Shown: positions 14,901 to 42,140, counted from the stretch's first letter. The stretch is 64,000 bases of DNA from Chrysomallon squamiferum (GCA_012295275.1 CM022671.1:8060001-8124000); one strand, 5' to 3'. Notes: generated by a model not told the origin, from the letters alone. Made by a program: numbers and translations.

Positions 14901-15279
14901 AATTCATTTCTGCTTTTCAATATCTTTTTTTTTTTTTTTTTTTTTTTTTTTTATTATTATTATTTAAAATATTTCACTATAGCCACATAAACCTAATGTT
15001 TAATTAATATAATTATGAACTATTATTATTATTTTGGATATAATAAACTATATTTTAGTTGTTATTTTAATGAAAAGTAATTTTTATTTTTTCAGTTTTA
15101 GAAAAATCTTGAGTTATTTATTGATTTAATTTATAAGATTTTAATTTTTTTTTAATAATGTATATTTATTTAAATTGAATCTCGTATTAAATAGATTAAT
15201 ATATAATATTTGTTCCTGTTTACTACAAAATAATTATAATTTGACATAATTATATCAAAATAAAATAAAATTTTACGTG

Positions 15280-15323
<44 letters not shown>

Positions 15324-15395
15324 TTATTATTACTACCATTACTACTGCTGCTACTGCTACTCTTACTCCTACTTCTTTAACTCCTCCTCCTCTTC

Positions 15396-15470
<75 letters not shown>
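15280..15470. repeat. (CTA)n/(TAA)n compound trinucleotide tract
   Basis: Direct; related AAT/AAG/AAC tracts at 15965-16180, 11927-11972, 18840-18890, 21077-21140, 59617-59680. Confidence 0.9.
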
Positions 15471-15472
<2 letters not shown>

Positions 15473-15976
15473 GAGCAGTAATAATAAAATATTTCTGACT
15501 TAAGAATTTCGGACATTAATGCAATGAAAATAAATTTAATACTCCATTAATTTTATCAGAATACTATATCTAGAAAATCTGCATATAATGAAAACATAAT
15601 TAGTTCTGCATGATTACAATACTTATCTGCTTAAGGAATAAGTCTTATATAACGAAATTTGTAATACTTAAACAAACATGGCCTAAGTTAAAAATGCTGA
15701 GGTAGAAAAGGAAATATCTATTATTGGTATGTACCTTTGTTAGTTATTGATTAAAATAAAGATTAAAATTAGTAATTAAATGTTTATTTCTTTATTTTCC
15801 GACTTTTATAGATTAAAAGCTTTTGATTAAAATTTGTCTTTTTCGCGAGAACGAATGAAGATTTAAGCATGGAGTTTTATTTTCTATATTTATGTCCATA
15901 CATTTTTACTTTCTATTAAAGATAATCTTCTTTAACTGTTTGTCTGAAACGACTTAAAGTATGTAATAACAATAAC

Positions 15977-16042
<66 letters not shown>

Positions 16043-16454
16043 AAGAAGAAAAAGAAGAAAAACCACCATTACCACCAGTACTGGTAATAAAACAACAATA
16101 ACACTAACATCAACAACAACAACAACAATAATAATAATAATGGTACCAGAAACAACAACAGTAAAAATAATAATGATGACGATGATACAATTCATTTATT
16201 GTTATACAGTATAATATTATTATATAACTAAAAAGGATGTTTACATTTTAATGAAACCAATTTCTAAATTAAACATATAGAGATTATTTATTCTATTGTA
16301 ATGTTAATAAATATTAAATTTTAATATTTCGGTATATATAAATACATTCATACATACATACAAAGATACATACTTACACAGAATACATACACACATATAC
16401 ATTCGTACATACGAGAACATACAAATATACACATCTATACAAAAAGCACACATA

Positions 16455-16522
<68 letters not shown>

Positions 16523-17091
16523 CAGTTTTTTTTCAAAGATATTTCCTTATTCTTCTTAATGCATATTGTCCGCAAACTGGATTTCTGTATGTGTATATCT
16601 AAAATCTTTGTTGCTTCATCGATTTATTTATTTTATTTACATTTTAACCGTAACCGTTTAATGAATGAATAAATAACAACACAGTAAAGTAAATAAATAA
16701 ATATGTGTGAATATGTGTATGTGAAAATAAATAAATAACAACTATGTAGGTAAGTAAGTAAATAAATATGTTTATATGTATATGTGTGTGTGTATGTGTG
16801 TATGTGTGTGTGTGTGTACTGACATTTTGTGCTACAAAGAACTCGTCCTTTCTTGTTCATTCTTTCACTATTTGTTTCTCTCTTTGTTTCCATTATTCTT
16901 TTATGTTTTTACTTTTGTTATATAATCTTACAAAGTAAACTGGTTATAACGAATGATTTCCGTGTTAAATTCCGAACCCACATTAGTCAGATAAAAGTGT
17001 AAACAGGAAAAAGATATGAATTAGATCAGATCTTTTTTAAAGCTGATATAGTATTTTTTAAAGTTACAAAGTTAACAAAGTTAACAAAACA

Positions 17092-17138
<47 letters not shown>

Positions 17139-17866
17139 TAAATAAATAAATAAATATATATATATAAAAACAAAATTAAAGAAAAGAAAATTGCAAATCG
17201 ACATAGGCCACGTTTACACAACTAGGACGTACCCGAAACACATACATGCATTGTTCTAGAATCCGAAATATAATCTCTTTTATTACATGCATACGTACAT
17301 ACACTATAAATAACTAAGTTCATAAAAATCTTTGTTAATAGATAAAGAAAGTTTCCCAGTTTAAAAAAAAACAAAATTTCAGAAAATGAAGCGTCATTTT
17401 TGTGAAGGAATAAGTATCATTATAAAGATGGAAAAACATGATTATGAATAAACAACAACAACAACAGTAACAACAATACCACCACCACCAACAACAACAG
17501 ATAAGAGCTAAGTAATTTCAGTTTAATTTTTGCAGGACTGGTTAAAAAGAAAACAAAATGTCATCAGTGATATATTTAGATCCGTTATTTCACGAAATAA
17601 TAATCCTAGCTATTTTTAGAACTGACGTCGATTTACAGTCCGAGAATAATAAATAATTAAACATACACACACATGAAATTCCCAAACTAAGTCAGTGTTA
17701 CTAGTTTCATAAAATTAAAATAAATAAATTATCAGAGTCCGCCTTAATTTGATCCACGTAAAACAAAGTTACAAAATACGTCAGCCGTGCTATCAGCACT
17801 GTTCATAGAAAAACGTCACACTCGTAAATAGCCTATTAATAAAAACATACGTGTCTGCCATGCGTA

Positions 17867-18128
17867 CAGGGCCTCCAAGAGCAATTTTCCAAGACGGTAC
17901 AAAGACCCCATTGGGGCGCTTAGGAAGTCAACGTTTTTTTTCTCAAAATCGAGGATTTGATGTTCACTAAATCAACATGTAAATCCACATCAATGCTTTA
18001 TTTCCATGATCAGATATGCTATAATGTAACAAAGATGTTCAATTAATGCATGGTTGCTATGGAGACCTTCTTAAGCTGTTGGATCTTGGAACGAAGTACC
18101 GACTTTACTCGCCCTCTCATAGGTCCTG
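17867..18128. mobile_element. hAT-like MITE
   Basis: Imperfect TIR CAGGGCCTCCAAGAG / CTCTCATAGGTCCTG; 8-bp flanks CATGCGTA / CTTACGTA (6/8 match). Confidence 0.6.
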
Positions 18129-18402
18129 CTTACGTATTATTATTTGTGTCGGCAATATATAACATACTAGGAACAGAGAGTGTATCTCTGTGACGTTATT
18201 TGTAATAAGAAAAATTACTTTCAATACACACGTTACTGAGGTAATGAATCAAATCGTGACACTATAAATAACTAAGTTAAAATCTTTTTTAATAGACACA
18301 GGCGGCTGGCTGCTCGATCTAAATAAACAGAATTTCAGAAAAGAAGCGTCATAGTTGTGAAGGAATAAGTATCATTATAAAGAAAAAGAACACAGTTATG
18401 GG

Positions 18403-18660
18403 CATGGCCGTAACAAGACTCTTTTTCAAATGAGGCAAAAACACTTAATCGCCGAACGGAGCTGGGAAAAAAAAAAAAAAAAAAAAAAAAATGGTTCTCC
18501 GTTGGGGGGTCCGACTTGAAAGACGCAAAATCCTCTATTCTAGCCATTTATATTTTATATCTTTAAAATAAAATCTTTATATATAAAAAGATTCGAAAAA
18601 AAAAAAAAAAAAATAATAAAATAAAATCTTCAATTTCGGTATGAGGTAGTTACGGCCATG
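18403..18660. mobile_element. MITE family A, copy 1
   Basis: TIR CATGGCCGTAAC / GTTACGGCCATG; absent from the paralogous segment near 17445. Confidence 0.8.
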
Positions 18661-18840
18661 ATGGTTAAACAACAACAACAACAACAACTTAGAGCTACGT
18701 AATGTATTACGTGATCTCAGTTCAGTGAGTGCAGGACCACTTGGAAAGAAAACAAAATGTCATCAGTGATATATTTAGATCCGTTATTTCACGAAATAAT
18801 AATGCTTGCTATTTTTAGAACTGACGTCGTTAACGCTCTC

Positions 18841-18891
<51 letters not shown>

Positions 18892-19547
18892 GTGTTTTCA
18901 TTATAATATATCACTCACAATAACAGAACCAGTTTTTCAAAAAATCGATATCTATGAGTATGTAAATAAACCAAATGGTTAATTGTTTAATATCGCACTG
19001 GGAGAAAAACATATTTTAACCCGTTAAATTCAAATTTAAATGCGCTACAGTATAGGATACGTACAAGTTTTTAAACTGATCATGGACGTATTGGTTTCAA
19101 TTTTAAAATAACGTACAACAATGTACATGAAAAACTCAACCGCTAGTGTTTCGATATCGTCTTTCGTTTTGTTTGTTCAACAGGTCAAAGGTTAACCTAA
19201 TATTTAAACTTTATCTACGACTACTAACTTCCGTTCCACTGTACTTTTCTTTAAAAAGATGAATTGTGCGGAAACGTCTGACCTATATTTTATGTTTATG
19301 GGTCAAGGACATCGACTTATTTATTTTAAAAGGTGAAAATGTTTTGATATAAATTATTAAAACTCATAACCTGTATCTATCATACAAAATAAATATGGTT
19401 AGGAGTTCACAAATAATTTATTTATCTATTTTATTTAACAGCAAATCATAGTTTTTTTTATATTCCTTTTCAAATGCAGGGAAGCACATTCCACAACTTT
19501 TGATAAATATAAAAATAGCAGCATGAAAGAGGATAGATCCTACCTGG

Positions 19548-19602
19548 CATGGCCGTAACTACATTGAGGCAAATGAGGCAAATGTCTCATACTGAAATTG
19601 AG

Positions 19603-19633
<31 letters not shown>

Positions 19634-19789
19634 AAAAATGTAAAATATAAATCTCTATTCCGAAAGAAACGACATCCACTGAATAAATTCGGCCCCAGCA
19701 CCCTTGCCCAATTTTTTTTCGTCCCGCTCAGCTCGGCCATTATGTGTTTTTGCCTCATTTAAAAAAAACCCAGTCTAGTAACGGCCATG
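19548..19789. mobile_element. MITE family A, copy 2 (opposite orientation)
   Basis: CATGGCCGTAAC / GTAACGGCCATG ends; subterminal TGAGGCAAA repeats; internal ends match the reverse complement of copy 1. Confidence 0.8.
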
Positions 19790-20860
19790 TCTGAGTTCAA
19801 ATCTGCGCTCTACTGTAAAGTACAGTCCGACTCGGATAAATAAGAATAAACAAGTAAATTGCAAGTAATTAGTATAAATTTATTGTCAACCTGCCAAAGA
19901 CTCGATTCACGTTATAAATCAGTCAAAAGCAACACAAACATCTTGCTCACCATGCAGAGACTGAAATATCTGTGACCAGTGAACCATATCGTTAAATTAG
20001 CCTCAGGCATTACAGCAAGAAGGCGCGATATTTATAACACAACATTGTCCAACATTGTCGGCAGATTAGATACATTTAATTAAATTAGTTGATTGCATAA
20101 TCCGGTCCGTCTGCTTCATCGAGATTAACAAATACACGCACTGCAGTCAGTAAAGTTCCGAGCTCAAATGGCAGATCTGAAATAAAATGTACAATTAAAT
20201 TGTTTTGACAGTAGCAAGCAAGGATCTTTATCATGGTTAAGATTCTGTAATGTTGCTAACAAAGTAATGACCATTGCTAAATATCTACACCAGTTCCTAC
20301 TAGAAATAGCGGTATTTCATTTGTTATAATTAATCTAAAAGATTTTTAAAAGGCCTATATATATATATATGTATATGTATATATAATTACCAAAAATGAA
20401 ATTATTATTATGTAGTAACCACTTATTTCATAAACTATTCTAACAGTTTGGTTTTGGTGACTGTATACTGCCCACCAGAATAGATAGAATATTTGTTATG
20501 AACACTGGTTAGAACGAGAAATAGGCCTAACAAGCGGAGTAGATAAGAAAATAGCATGTTTCCATATAACAAAGCGTGATTATATTGTAGTTATGTATCA
20601 AAATCTAAATATAGACAGGTCACTAAGGTCATAGTTCATATTGTTATCGATCTTATCTTCGTTCATAGATAAGACGTTACGTCATTAAATAACATTATCA
20701 AAATTTATAAAATTGTCTCAGATATGTAACCCAAAATACAGGATTAAGTGTCCAAGATAGTGAACTTCAACCTTTATTGAATTTATTGTTTCAAACTAAT
20801 GCTAAGACAAACATGTGTAGTTTTATTTATACGAAATAAATATTATTCAAGAAGAAGAAG

Positions 20861-20929
<69 letters not shown>

Positions 20930-21101
20930 CAACAAAAAAGGCCATGTATATTTTATTTTCTGTTCATGAAACAGTATTAAATTATGAAATAATCACTAAA
21001 TTTAAAAGCAAATGCGAAGCACACACACACACACAGAGAAACCGTTGTATAATAGGAAAACATAAATCTTAATACATTATTATTATTATTATTATTATTA
21101 C

Positions 21102-21140
<39 letters not shown>

Positions 21141-21499
21141 CGCTGCTATTGTTATTAGTATTTCCATCGAACATTTAGTCTATAAACAAAGTGAACAATC
21201 TGTAACAAAAGTGAATATTTAACTGATAGTATTATAGAATGGGACATTTTGGTATCGGAACTTGTGACAAACAAATGTATGTAAAATTCGAATTTTTTCT
21301 TCTTCTTCTTCTTCTTTTAAATCAATATTCAAGTAAAAATTTTAAATAAATTCAAAATTAGGGTTGCCAGTAACAAAATAACCACGAATCCCTTTAACTT
21401 CGCCGAATTGTCCTTCACGTTAATATGTATGATTTCAGAGCAAAAATATATTACAATTAATCAGAGGACGAAAAAAGACTTAATGATTCAAAAATAATT

Positions 21500-21732
21500 T
21501 TCTTTCGTTGCAAAGCATTGTCGTATGATCCCCATTGGCCAGCAACTCTGACTGCTCATCACATCCAAGGTGCGCCAAGTTGACTGTTGCCCGGATGTGT
21601 CGTTCAACTTTGTATGGTGTGTCCGCCATGTTGAACAACTTGGAAGAAGTCTTCGGCTGTGATGACCGAAGACATTGTCAACGACTAAACCGTGGGTACC
21701 TATGACAATCGAGTACAGTAGAGTGAAGCATC
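21500..21732 (+). promoter_or_regulatory. Putative promoter / 5' leader of the NRF1-like gene
   Basis: Local CpG enrichment, ATTGG (reverse CCAAT) at 21534, YY1-type CCGCCATGTT at 21623-21632, directly upstream of a strong donor at 21745. Confidence 0.55.
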
Positions 21733-33538
<11,806 letters not shown>

Positions 33539-36500
33539 AGATGTGTGTACCTTGAAATAAAACACAGTTTATGTCTGTGTGTGTGTATGTTTAGAAGAGA
33601 AACTTAAATATAATGTGCAGATAATTAATACTAATGTTTCTTATGACAGGTTTAGAATGCAAAAATGATTATCATTATCTGTGATAGTCTGAACATTTTT
33701 ACAAGTGCTTTAAAAAGTACATTTTGATAACAAATATTCAATCTAATTTTTTGTTTTCCTAAAAAAATTTAAATTTCCATTTATTTAATGAAATATCTAA
33801 ATTTGCAATTTAAACTATAAATTAGATTTTTTTTGCTACTAGTCAGAAAGTTTGTCATGTTGTGTAACTTTCAACTATGCCTGTCGAGTATAATCTGTTT
33901 AAGTAATGTTATCTGTTTTCTTGTCACATGTATGTGTTAAATACATGTTATACTCCAACAGCTTCAGTGGCTTTCATTTGTTCAATGCATTTAGTAAATT
34001 TACAAATACAAGTGCTCTTGTCACCATGACATTCAAGTGCTCAACAGATACTGTACTTGTAATGTTAACTACAGAACCCTGCTATAACATGACCCATAAC
34101 AATGTATATTCTGCGGCAATACTATCCTACCTTGAACATTTTTATTTTTTATTTTTTTTAATCTCCTACGCTTATTTTAACACACACAAATGGCAGGAAT
34201 TCATAGCAGTGTTTTATGATATGGTTTGAATTTTTTTTTTTTTATCGTACTGATTATCATACTGATTACAAAGATAGTTTTAAAATGTTAATGGATAATG
34301 TAGGTCTCTTATTTGTTTGTTTATTTATGTTTTAAGTATTTTGTTTATATAGTCAGTTTAAAAAAAAAAAAAAATACAGAAATTTTAAAGAAATTTTCAT
34401 TATTAAAAAACAATCCTATAAACCCCTTCCTTGCAATAAGCAAACATATCATTAAAAAAAAATCATTTTATTATTATGTTAATAGCAGAAATAAGATTTA
34501 CCCCACAGCATTAAAAAAAATATATAAATCATTCTCATTATGTGGTGAGAAGCAGACAGCCCCACCCAGAGACTCCCAGACATCATTTGAGGCCCTGCAA
34601 GTGCTGCCACCTGCAGGCCAGCAGTGCAGCTACTAATCTCGTTGATTTTGCTGTTTCTTGTAGGAGTTAAACTAATTTGTATTAAATCCTATTGAGCAGC
34701 CATATTTTTCCTTCTGCAACATTATTTTCCACCTAACACATCATATACAGTGTTTTCTTTATACAAATTGTCTTTCACACCTATATACATGTACGAATGT
34801 ATGTATGTATGTATGTATGTATATGCTTTAATCTAAAAGAATAGATTTATTTTGTTCAAATATGTTGTCTGTGTACAAAGTATTGATGCAGATGATTAAA
34901 TGTGTGTAGATAATGAAACATGCTTTAATGTGTACTCGGATGTTGGCATTAGGTTTTAAACAAACACATTGTTGATTACATCATTGGTTATTAACTAAGC
35001 AGGGCAGTTTTTATTATTATTATTATTATTATTTTTTTATTTTTTTTTTTTTTTTTTTTCTTCATCGTTTATGAAATATTTTGTATGAATCATTGAATTC
35101 CATAATGGTTAAACTCAACAATAGCATTTGTAGAATATTTTTTTTTTTCTCATTGCAACTTTAGTATATGTATTACATTTATTCAGTATGTAATATAGCC
35201 TGTCTGATATAATTGGCAATTGTTCTACAGATTACACAGTGTGTCAACCACAAACAATATGGTAAAAAATATATATACACGAAGAGACATTTATCGGTTT
35301 TTAAATAACAGAAAACATGCTTTAGGAGTATGTTAATTTATATCTTTTACATAGATGCATTTTTGCATTTCATTTCTTTATATATATATATATTAAGTCT
35401 TGGTTCAGAAAACTATTAATATTCATTATTTCAAAAATGTATTTATTTTCATTGTTTTTAAAGTCTTCTGAAAATCTGAACTATTTATAGTTAATTATCC
35501 AAGGTCTTCATTTAAATAAAATACATACTATTGTCTTTTAAAGGATTTCAAATAGTGATTATTAGAGATAAATTTCAAGAATCTTTTTCTGTGATTTTGC
35601 CAAGATACTAGTTGATTTTTGTTTCATCTGTAAAATTTTCAGCCAATTCTTATTAGCTTCACATCATCATCATTGTCTAACCCCATTTAGTAATTCCTAG
35701 ATAGACACTGCAGTTTTGATTATTCTCTCTCTCTCTCTCTTTATCAGTCTCTCTGTCTCTGTCTTGTATTTCTGCTCTTACAAGATGCAAGATTGTCACA
35801 GAACATTAAAATTTGTGGTGTTGGATTTTTACTGAATTCAGTGATTTATACAAAGCACTTTGAAAATATTATTATATCTGATGTTTTTATCTAGGTTTGT
35901 CCAAAATGGATGTTTTGAATAAGCATTATTTATATATAATGATTTTTAAAAATATTTTTAGGTTGTTTATTTTTTTAATTGTTTTTTTTTTGGGGGGGTT
36001 ATAAACTTTTCTTTTGTTACATTGAAAAATAAGTTCTGGATAAACTTGTTATGTTGCAAGAATGTTTATTAGTGTATGTGTGTTGCTGTGAACACATGTC
36101 TGTAAGCATTTGTTTTGACATTGTTTTGACTGCATTTGCTTCACATTGTTAAAGAAATGTCTTTCATTTCCAATAATTTTCTTTCCTGTTAAGATATATC
36201 TTTGGATCTTCATCCATTTGTTGGTTTTTTTTAACAGATTTTGTTATGCGATTGTTAAAAAGGTGAGAGTAACCTTGTGTATGATGAGATTTTTAAAGTC
36301 TGTGGCCTGTACTTAAATATGAATCCTTTGACTCGAAATTTGTTTTGTATAACGTGTACTATGTGTTTAATTTCCAATCAAAATATAGCTTTAGCCAAGA
36401 TGAATTAGAAACAAAGAATTTTAAAGGTCTTTTTTGTTAAAGATGTAAGTTTCTTTTAATAAATACTATTGAAATTATTTCTTTCATTTTAAATTATTTT

Positions 36501-37107
36501 ATTTTATTTTATTTTATTTTATTTTATTTTATTATTTATTTTAAATTTTATTTTTAAATATGTCCTTCAGTCAGCATTACTGTTGATTTTATGTTAATTT
36601 TTTTTTTTTTTTTTTAAATATTTTACGTTCAAGCTATATGAAACATTTTTATCATTTCATTAATTTGCCAGTGAGTATTTACATTTTATCAAAATTGTTA
36701 ACTTTGTATAAAAGTTTAGATTTGTTATATAGATACAAAAAAAAACTTATTTTGATGAAATTTTTATATTTTATCTGGGTACATACAGTTTTTATTTTTA
36801 TAATCTTAGATTTGCAAGTTTTCTATAATTAATAATGTTAATGTATGCACATCACCTGAAAATATTAATAATATTACACACATATTATATACTTTTAACC
36901 ATTAAAAATGTAAGAAAATTCATCTAAAATTATTAGCATTATATTAAAGGTTTACAAGAAAAGTAAATAAAAAGTTGAAGAAAGTAAAAAATAACCAAAG
37001 AAATAAAATCCTTTTTCATGAGTTTTGATAATTATTTTGATTCCTATATTTAAAATTTAAAAATACTTTGATCAGTAATGTTCTGATTGTGAAATAGAAT
37101 ACACAGT

Positions 37108-37160
<53 letters not shown>

Positions 37161-39806
37161 TATTTAAAATAAAATATGGTTTCTATTTTTGGGGGGAGAA
37201 TTGTCATATTAATTAATCCCCCAGTAACATTATTATTTGTTTTAGCTGTCTGAAAATATCTACAGTCTTCTCATTAATATACTGTAATTAATTTTTAAAA
37301 TGTTATTTCCATAAATAATGTTCTTTCTTGTCAGAAACTGAAGATCAATTTTATTTTTTAAGGGTTGATTAACTTGGGGAAAGTGCCTTTTCAAACAAGA
37401 CTTGCAGTTTAATAAGAATAACTAATAATAGTAAGTGATGTTGACAAAGAATTTAATTTTCATTTTAGTTTCTTTTAAAACTTAAGTATGTATGCAAGGG
37501 AATGTGTTGGAGAAAAAAACAATTTGATTTTTCTTGCAGTGTCATTGATAAAAAATAAAAATTTGTGTGTAAATTTATTATTTCTTAATTTTTAATTTAT
37601 TATTATCTAATTTATTAGGTAAAAGTTACATATTTATGTTTATTGTCTATATTTTATATGAAATATTGAAAATAATAATTTAAATTTTTCTTATTATATA
37701 CTTTTTTAATTTTTAGAACTTTTTGAAAATTTAATTAAAATTAAGCCTTAAGTTTGAGTAAATAAGCTTCAGTTTTTAAAAAAGATTCAGTTATTAATTT
37801 TTCTGTCTTCTGCAATTTTTTTTTATCTTTCCTTGAATGTCATTCCACAGATTATCAAACATACATTCTTTAAGAACACATAACTAAACATTTCACTGTA
37901 AATAATCAGATTGATAAATTATGTGGTAAAAAGTTTTTTTCATTTTATCGTACTCATATCTGTGATTATGTATCTCCCACCTTGTTCTACATTAGCTTTC
38001 ACCTTTCACTTGAAATATCAATAGTAATATAAACTGACAACTAGTTACACAAACTGAGAAGGAGGGTATAAGTAGAGCACAACCTTTGTTAAGAATATAG
38101 GTTTAAAATAATAAATAATGGTAGGAATTTGTATATCAGTTTTCCAAAACAAAATTTAAAAATCACTAAAATATGGATTTAATGTTAGATTTGTTTCATT
38201 GCAGTGATATTTTAAGTTCGAATAATTTGTGATTGCCAACAAAACAGACCGATTCATTTAAAAGTAATTTTTTTTTTAAGGGATTTAACACTGTTTTGTT
38301 TTCTGAATTGCTATTTTATTTTGGTGCATATCTGATACAACACAATTTTTTAACCTGAAATACCTTAATACTTAACTGAGTTAATTAATTTATTCCTTGT
38401 CCACATTGTGGATTAGATTTACAGTACTGTCTGTTTTTGTATAACATGTTGGTCGTTAAACAAATATGTTCACTGGTACTGTGAGTATCATATCCAGTTT
38501 TTCAGTGTTCATAACTTGAAAAGAATCAGTAGGTTCATATTCAGCATTATGAAGTGTTTGTTAAATCATCAAGGTTATTATACTCCCGTTTGTTATATGT
38601 CAGCAAATAAAATTTTATTTTATATGATGTCCTCATTTTATTTAATGTAAATAATTTGTGAACTGCAGTGCTAAAATGAAGCTTGGTAAATAAACAAAAA
38701 GTTGACAATGTATTTCTGATTTTGTTGTTTTTTGTTCTGCCAACCCTTTAATTTTATATTTTTATTATTTTTTTTTTTGACATGACATGATTTTTTTCTA
38801 ACAGACTTCTGGCTATAGTGAACTTAAAACCTAAAAGAGAACAATTCAACCTTAGTTAATCTTGTAACTATTATTATCCTCTGAAGTTTACATTTTGAAA
38901 TGCTGAATCTCACTAAGCATAAATTTATATGTGTTAATTGTTGATACAAATATTTGTTCTACTCATTATTGTTTTAATAAAAGTAGTTGGGTGAATCTTT
39001 ATTGATTCTTGACAAGTGCAGTTGAAGCAGTGGTATTTGGTTTGGTGTCAGCTATGGCTTCTGTGTAATGGCTTCATTAGAACTATTCCCAAGCAAACAG
39101 AACTGGATTTAGAAGTGTTGACACACTGTAAGCACTTGGAAAAACTTTTCTGAGAAGTGGGTTTGCATGAGAACATGGTTCAACATCAGGTAGGCAGCAT
39201 TATTAATAAATGTTATTTTGTACTCATAAAATTAAGCATGCCTTTCCTAATGTCTCTTGGAACATGAATTGCCGATAATTGCCTTTTTAAATCATAGTTT
39301 ATTCCAGCCAGGGGTTCAGTGTGTGAAGGATTTCAAAGAATTCAGTTTGGTTGGTATAATAATGAATTTGAATGTTAAGATATATCTATAAAAGAAATCC
39401 TATCTTACTTTATTTATTTTGAACTTTGGAACTTAAAATAAATTCAAATAATAATAAATGTATCTTTATAATTATTTTTAGTTTAATACTTATTGAAGTA
39501 GTAAATATCTATATTAAAAGTAAGACATCTGATGCAATAAAAAATATGGCAATTACTTTTCAGAGATCTTGCACAGATGTGATGAAATCTTGGGCTGTCA
39601 GATATAACTTCATGTTTCTAATCAAAAAAACTAATTTGCATTGGAAATTGTCTCTCAAACTTTTCATTTTGAGAGCAACAGTGTGTAAAGAATGCATAAT
39701 TACGTGTTTATTTGTGAAAATATTCAACATGTTCATTCATGATTTTGTAGAGTTTTAATGTTGAATCTAAATCTCCTATTTTCATACTTTACTGTTTTCC
39801 TTGTTT

Positions 39807-39837
<31 letters not shown>

Positions 39838-40157
39838 TTAAATTAGAAACTATTTTTGAAATAAATTATAATTTAGTCTGAATCCACAAATTAATGAATT
39901 CATTTACTTACATTATGAGGATTATTTTATTTATGTCATCTATTTAATGAGTTTTACACACAATGAAATAATCAATACTTGGGTGTAAAGAAAATTAGCA
40001 AAATGTAAATTAAAAAAATATATAAAAAAATAAATGTTTCTTAGATATATCTTGTTTCTTTTTGCTTTTCTTTTTCTCCCCTTTTTTCTTTTTTTAGTTA
40101 AGAAAAGAAGAAATTATATAAAAAAAAAACGAAGAATAAGACTCATGTTGAAGCATT

Positions 40158-40163
40158 TTTATT
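40158..40163 (-). terminator. Candidate polyadenylation signal of srGAP (would give a ~4.9 kb 3' UTR)
   Basis: AATAAA on the - strand followed by a U-rich downstream element; many other AATAAA exist in this AT-rich region. Confidence 0.3.
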
Positions 40164-40374
40164 AAAAAGAATTATGATATACAAAACTGACAACGTACTT
40201 CACAATCAGATCTTCATTCCTTCTCATTTGACTGCTAAGTCTTACATATGGTATACTATGTACAGTTTAAAACAGTGATAAAAACAATGTTTAAAATGCT
40301 TACACTTCCAAACATTAAAAAAAAACATGGACAAATATAACTCTAAATGTTATAAGTATGGTCTGGACTAAAAG

Positions 40375-40407
<33 letters not shown>

Positions 40408-41789
40408 ACAGACACACATTTCTAATGTCTGATATATTCGTCCTAAAAACACAGTGAATTGATCATGTGGTCACAGAGATGCACCACTCGAATCACAAAA
40501 ATAAAAATTACAATATTCACAATTTTTAAATTGTAATTTACAATGAATTGTTTTTGCATTGCAAGTCAAAAAGAAATGATTGAAAGAAAATAATTTAAAA
40601 AAAAAGTGTTCTGTTATTTTAAATGTATTTCAAAATGCATTAAAAGCTAGAGAATAAAATAATACTGAATTTGAATAAACATGCTCAGGTTACTAATGCA
40701 TAATAAAAGAAGAAAAAATCTAAATAAACAAAAAACAAACTAAAAATATTGTTCTAGAGCAAAATATTGTAGGAATAAATTATTTTATCCAGTTTGAAAA
40801 TGGAAGTACTTAAATCAAATTTCTTTCTTAAGAGATGTTTATGATTTAAGTGCTATGCTTTATTGCATAGATTTACTTGTATTTAAATTATACTTCACAA
40901 ATTGTTTTTGCTTATAATCTTGAACTAAAAATTACTAGTATACATAATAAATAATATCAAAAAACAATATAATTTAAACTGGTTTTTTTTCAGTAATTAT
41001 CATTAGATAAAGAAAGAAATAAAAAGCCTATTATTACATCATTAATGAAATATATATATATATATATTTTTTGTCAACTAATATAACATTTCATTTTCCA
41101 ATGCACAGTGCAATTTCCTAATTTAAAAAAAAAAAAAAAAAAAAATTCTTCATTAATTCTGATTAATAATGATATTTTTTTTAATCAAAATCATATTAAT
41201 GAGTGCAAATATATTTTAATTATATAATTCACAGTGTCAAAATTATCTGTTTAAATAATAAAAATACAAAATAAATTAATTTGGAAGACTTAAGTGTATA
41301 TGATAACAACAGCTGGTGCTATGTTTTTTTTGTTGTTTGTTGTTTAAAAAAAAATATTTTGGCAATGTGAAATAAAAAATTAACTAATTTTCTAAATAAA
41401 AAATTTATAGTCATTATTGAAAGAAAGAAAGAAAGGAATAAAAAACAACAACAGAAAAAAACATGGAAGTTATATAAAACAAATTTAACATGCATTAATT
41501 TTCATTTCTATTCTATCCTCTTGTTTTAGGTAGCTCCATGCACATGTTACTCTACCAAAACTATTTATATAACAAAGAGATCTGAACTGTTTGTCTAATT
41601 TCTCAATAGATTTCATGTAAAATTATAACATTTAAATAAACATTAAATTTTAGTTTTCATATTACATTATTATTATTAAGTCTATTTTGTGAAGTCTGTT
41701 TTGTTCTATTTGTATTCATTCATTTCAGCAAACAATTAGATTTGTATCAACAGATGGAATGAAAATAAAAACAACAGAATAAACTGTGT

Positions 41790-42140
41790 CCATTTAACTA
41801 TGTAATTATGTTCAACAATATATTTTACCTTTAGTTATGTAATCTATATTGAACAATATATTTATCTTTAACTATATAATCTATACTGAACAATATATTT
41901 ATCTTTAATAAGGTAATCTACACTGAACAATACATTTATCTGTAACTACGTAATCTATATCGAACAATATATTTATCTTTGATTATGTAATCCATGTCTG
42001 AATAATAAAATTATTTTTAATCACATTTGGAACAATACATTTATCTTTAACTATAAAAATTCCTTTCACTATATAAGTTATATTGGGACAATACACTTAA
42101 AGATCATCCCTTTAACCATATAATCTATGTTGGAACAACA
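41790..42140. repeat. ~37-bp minisatellite (gaacaatatatttatctttaactatgtaatctata), ~6-8 units
   Basis: Units visible near 41813, 41851, 41889, 41925, 41962; decayed further right. Confidence 0.85.

Larger units (their letters stand above)
17301..18830. repeat. Local direct duplication (~17301-17630 vs ~18259-18830)
   Basis: Shared blocks acactataaataactaagtt, gtgaaggaataagtatcattataaaga, aaagaaaacaaaatgtcatcagtgatatatttagatccgttatttcacgaaataataat. Confidence 0.85.
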
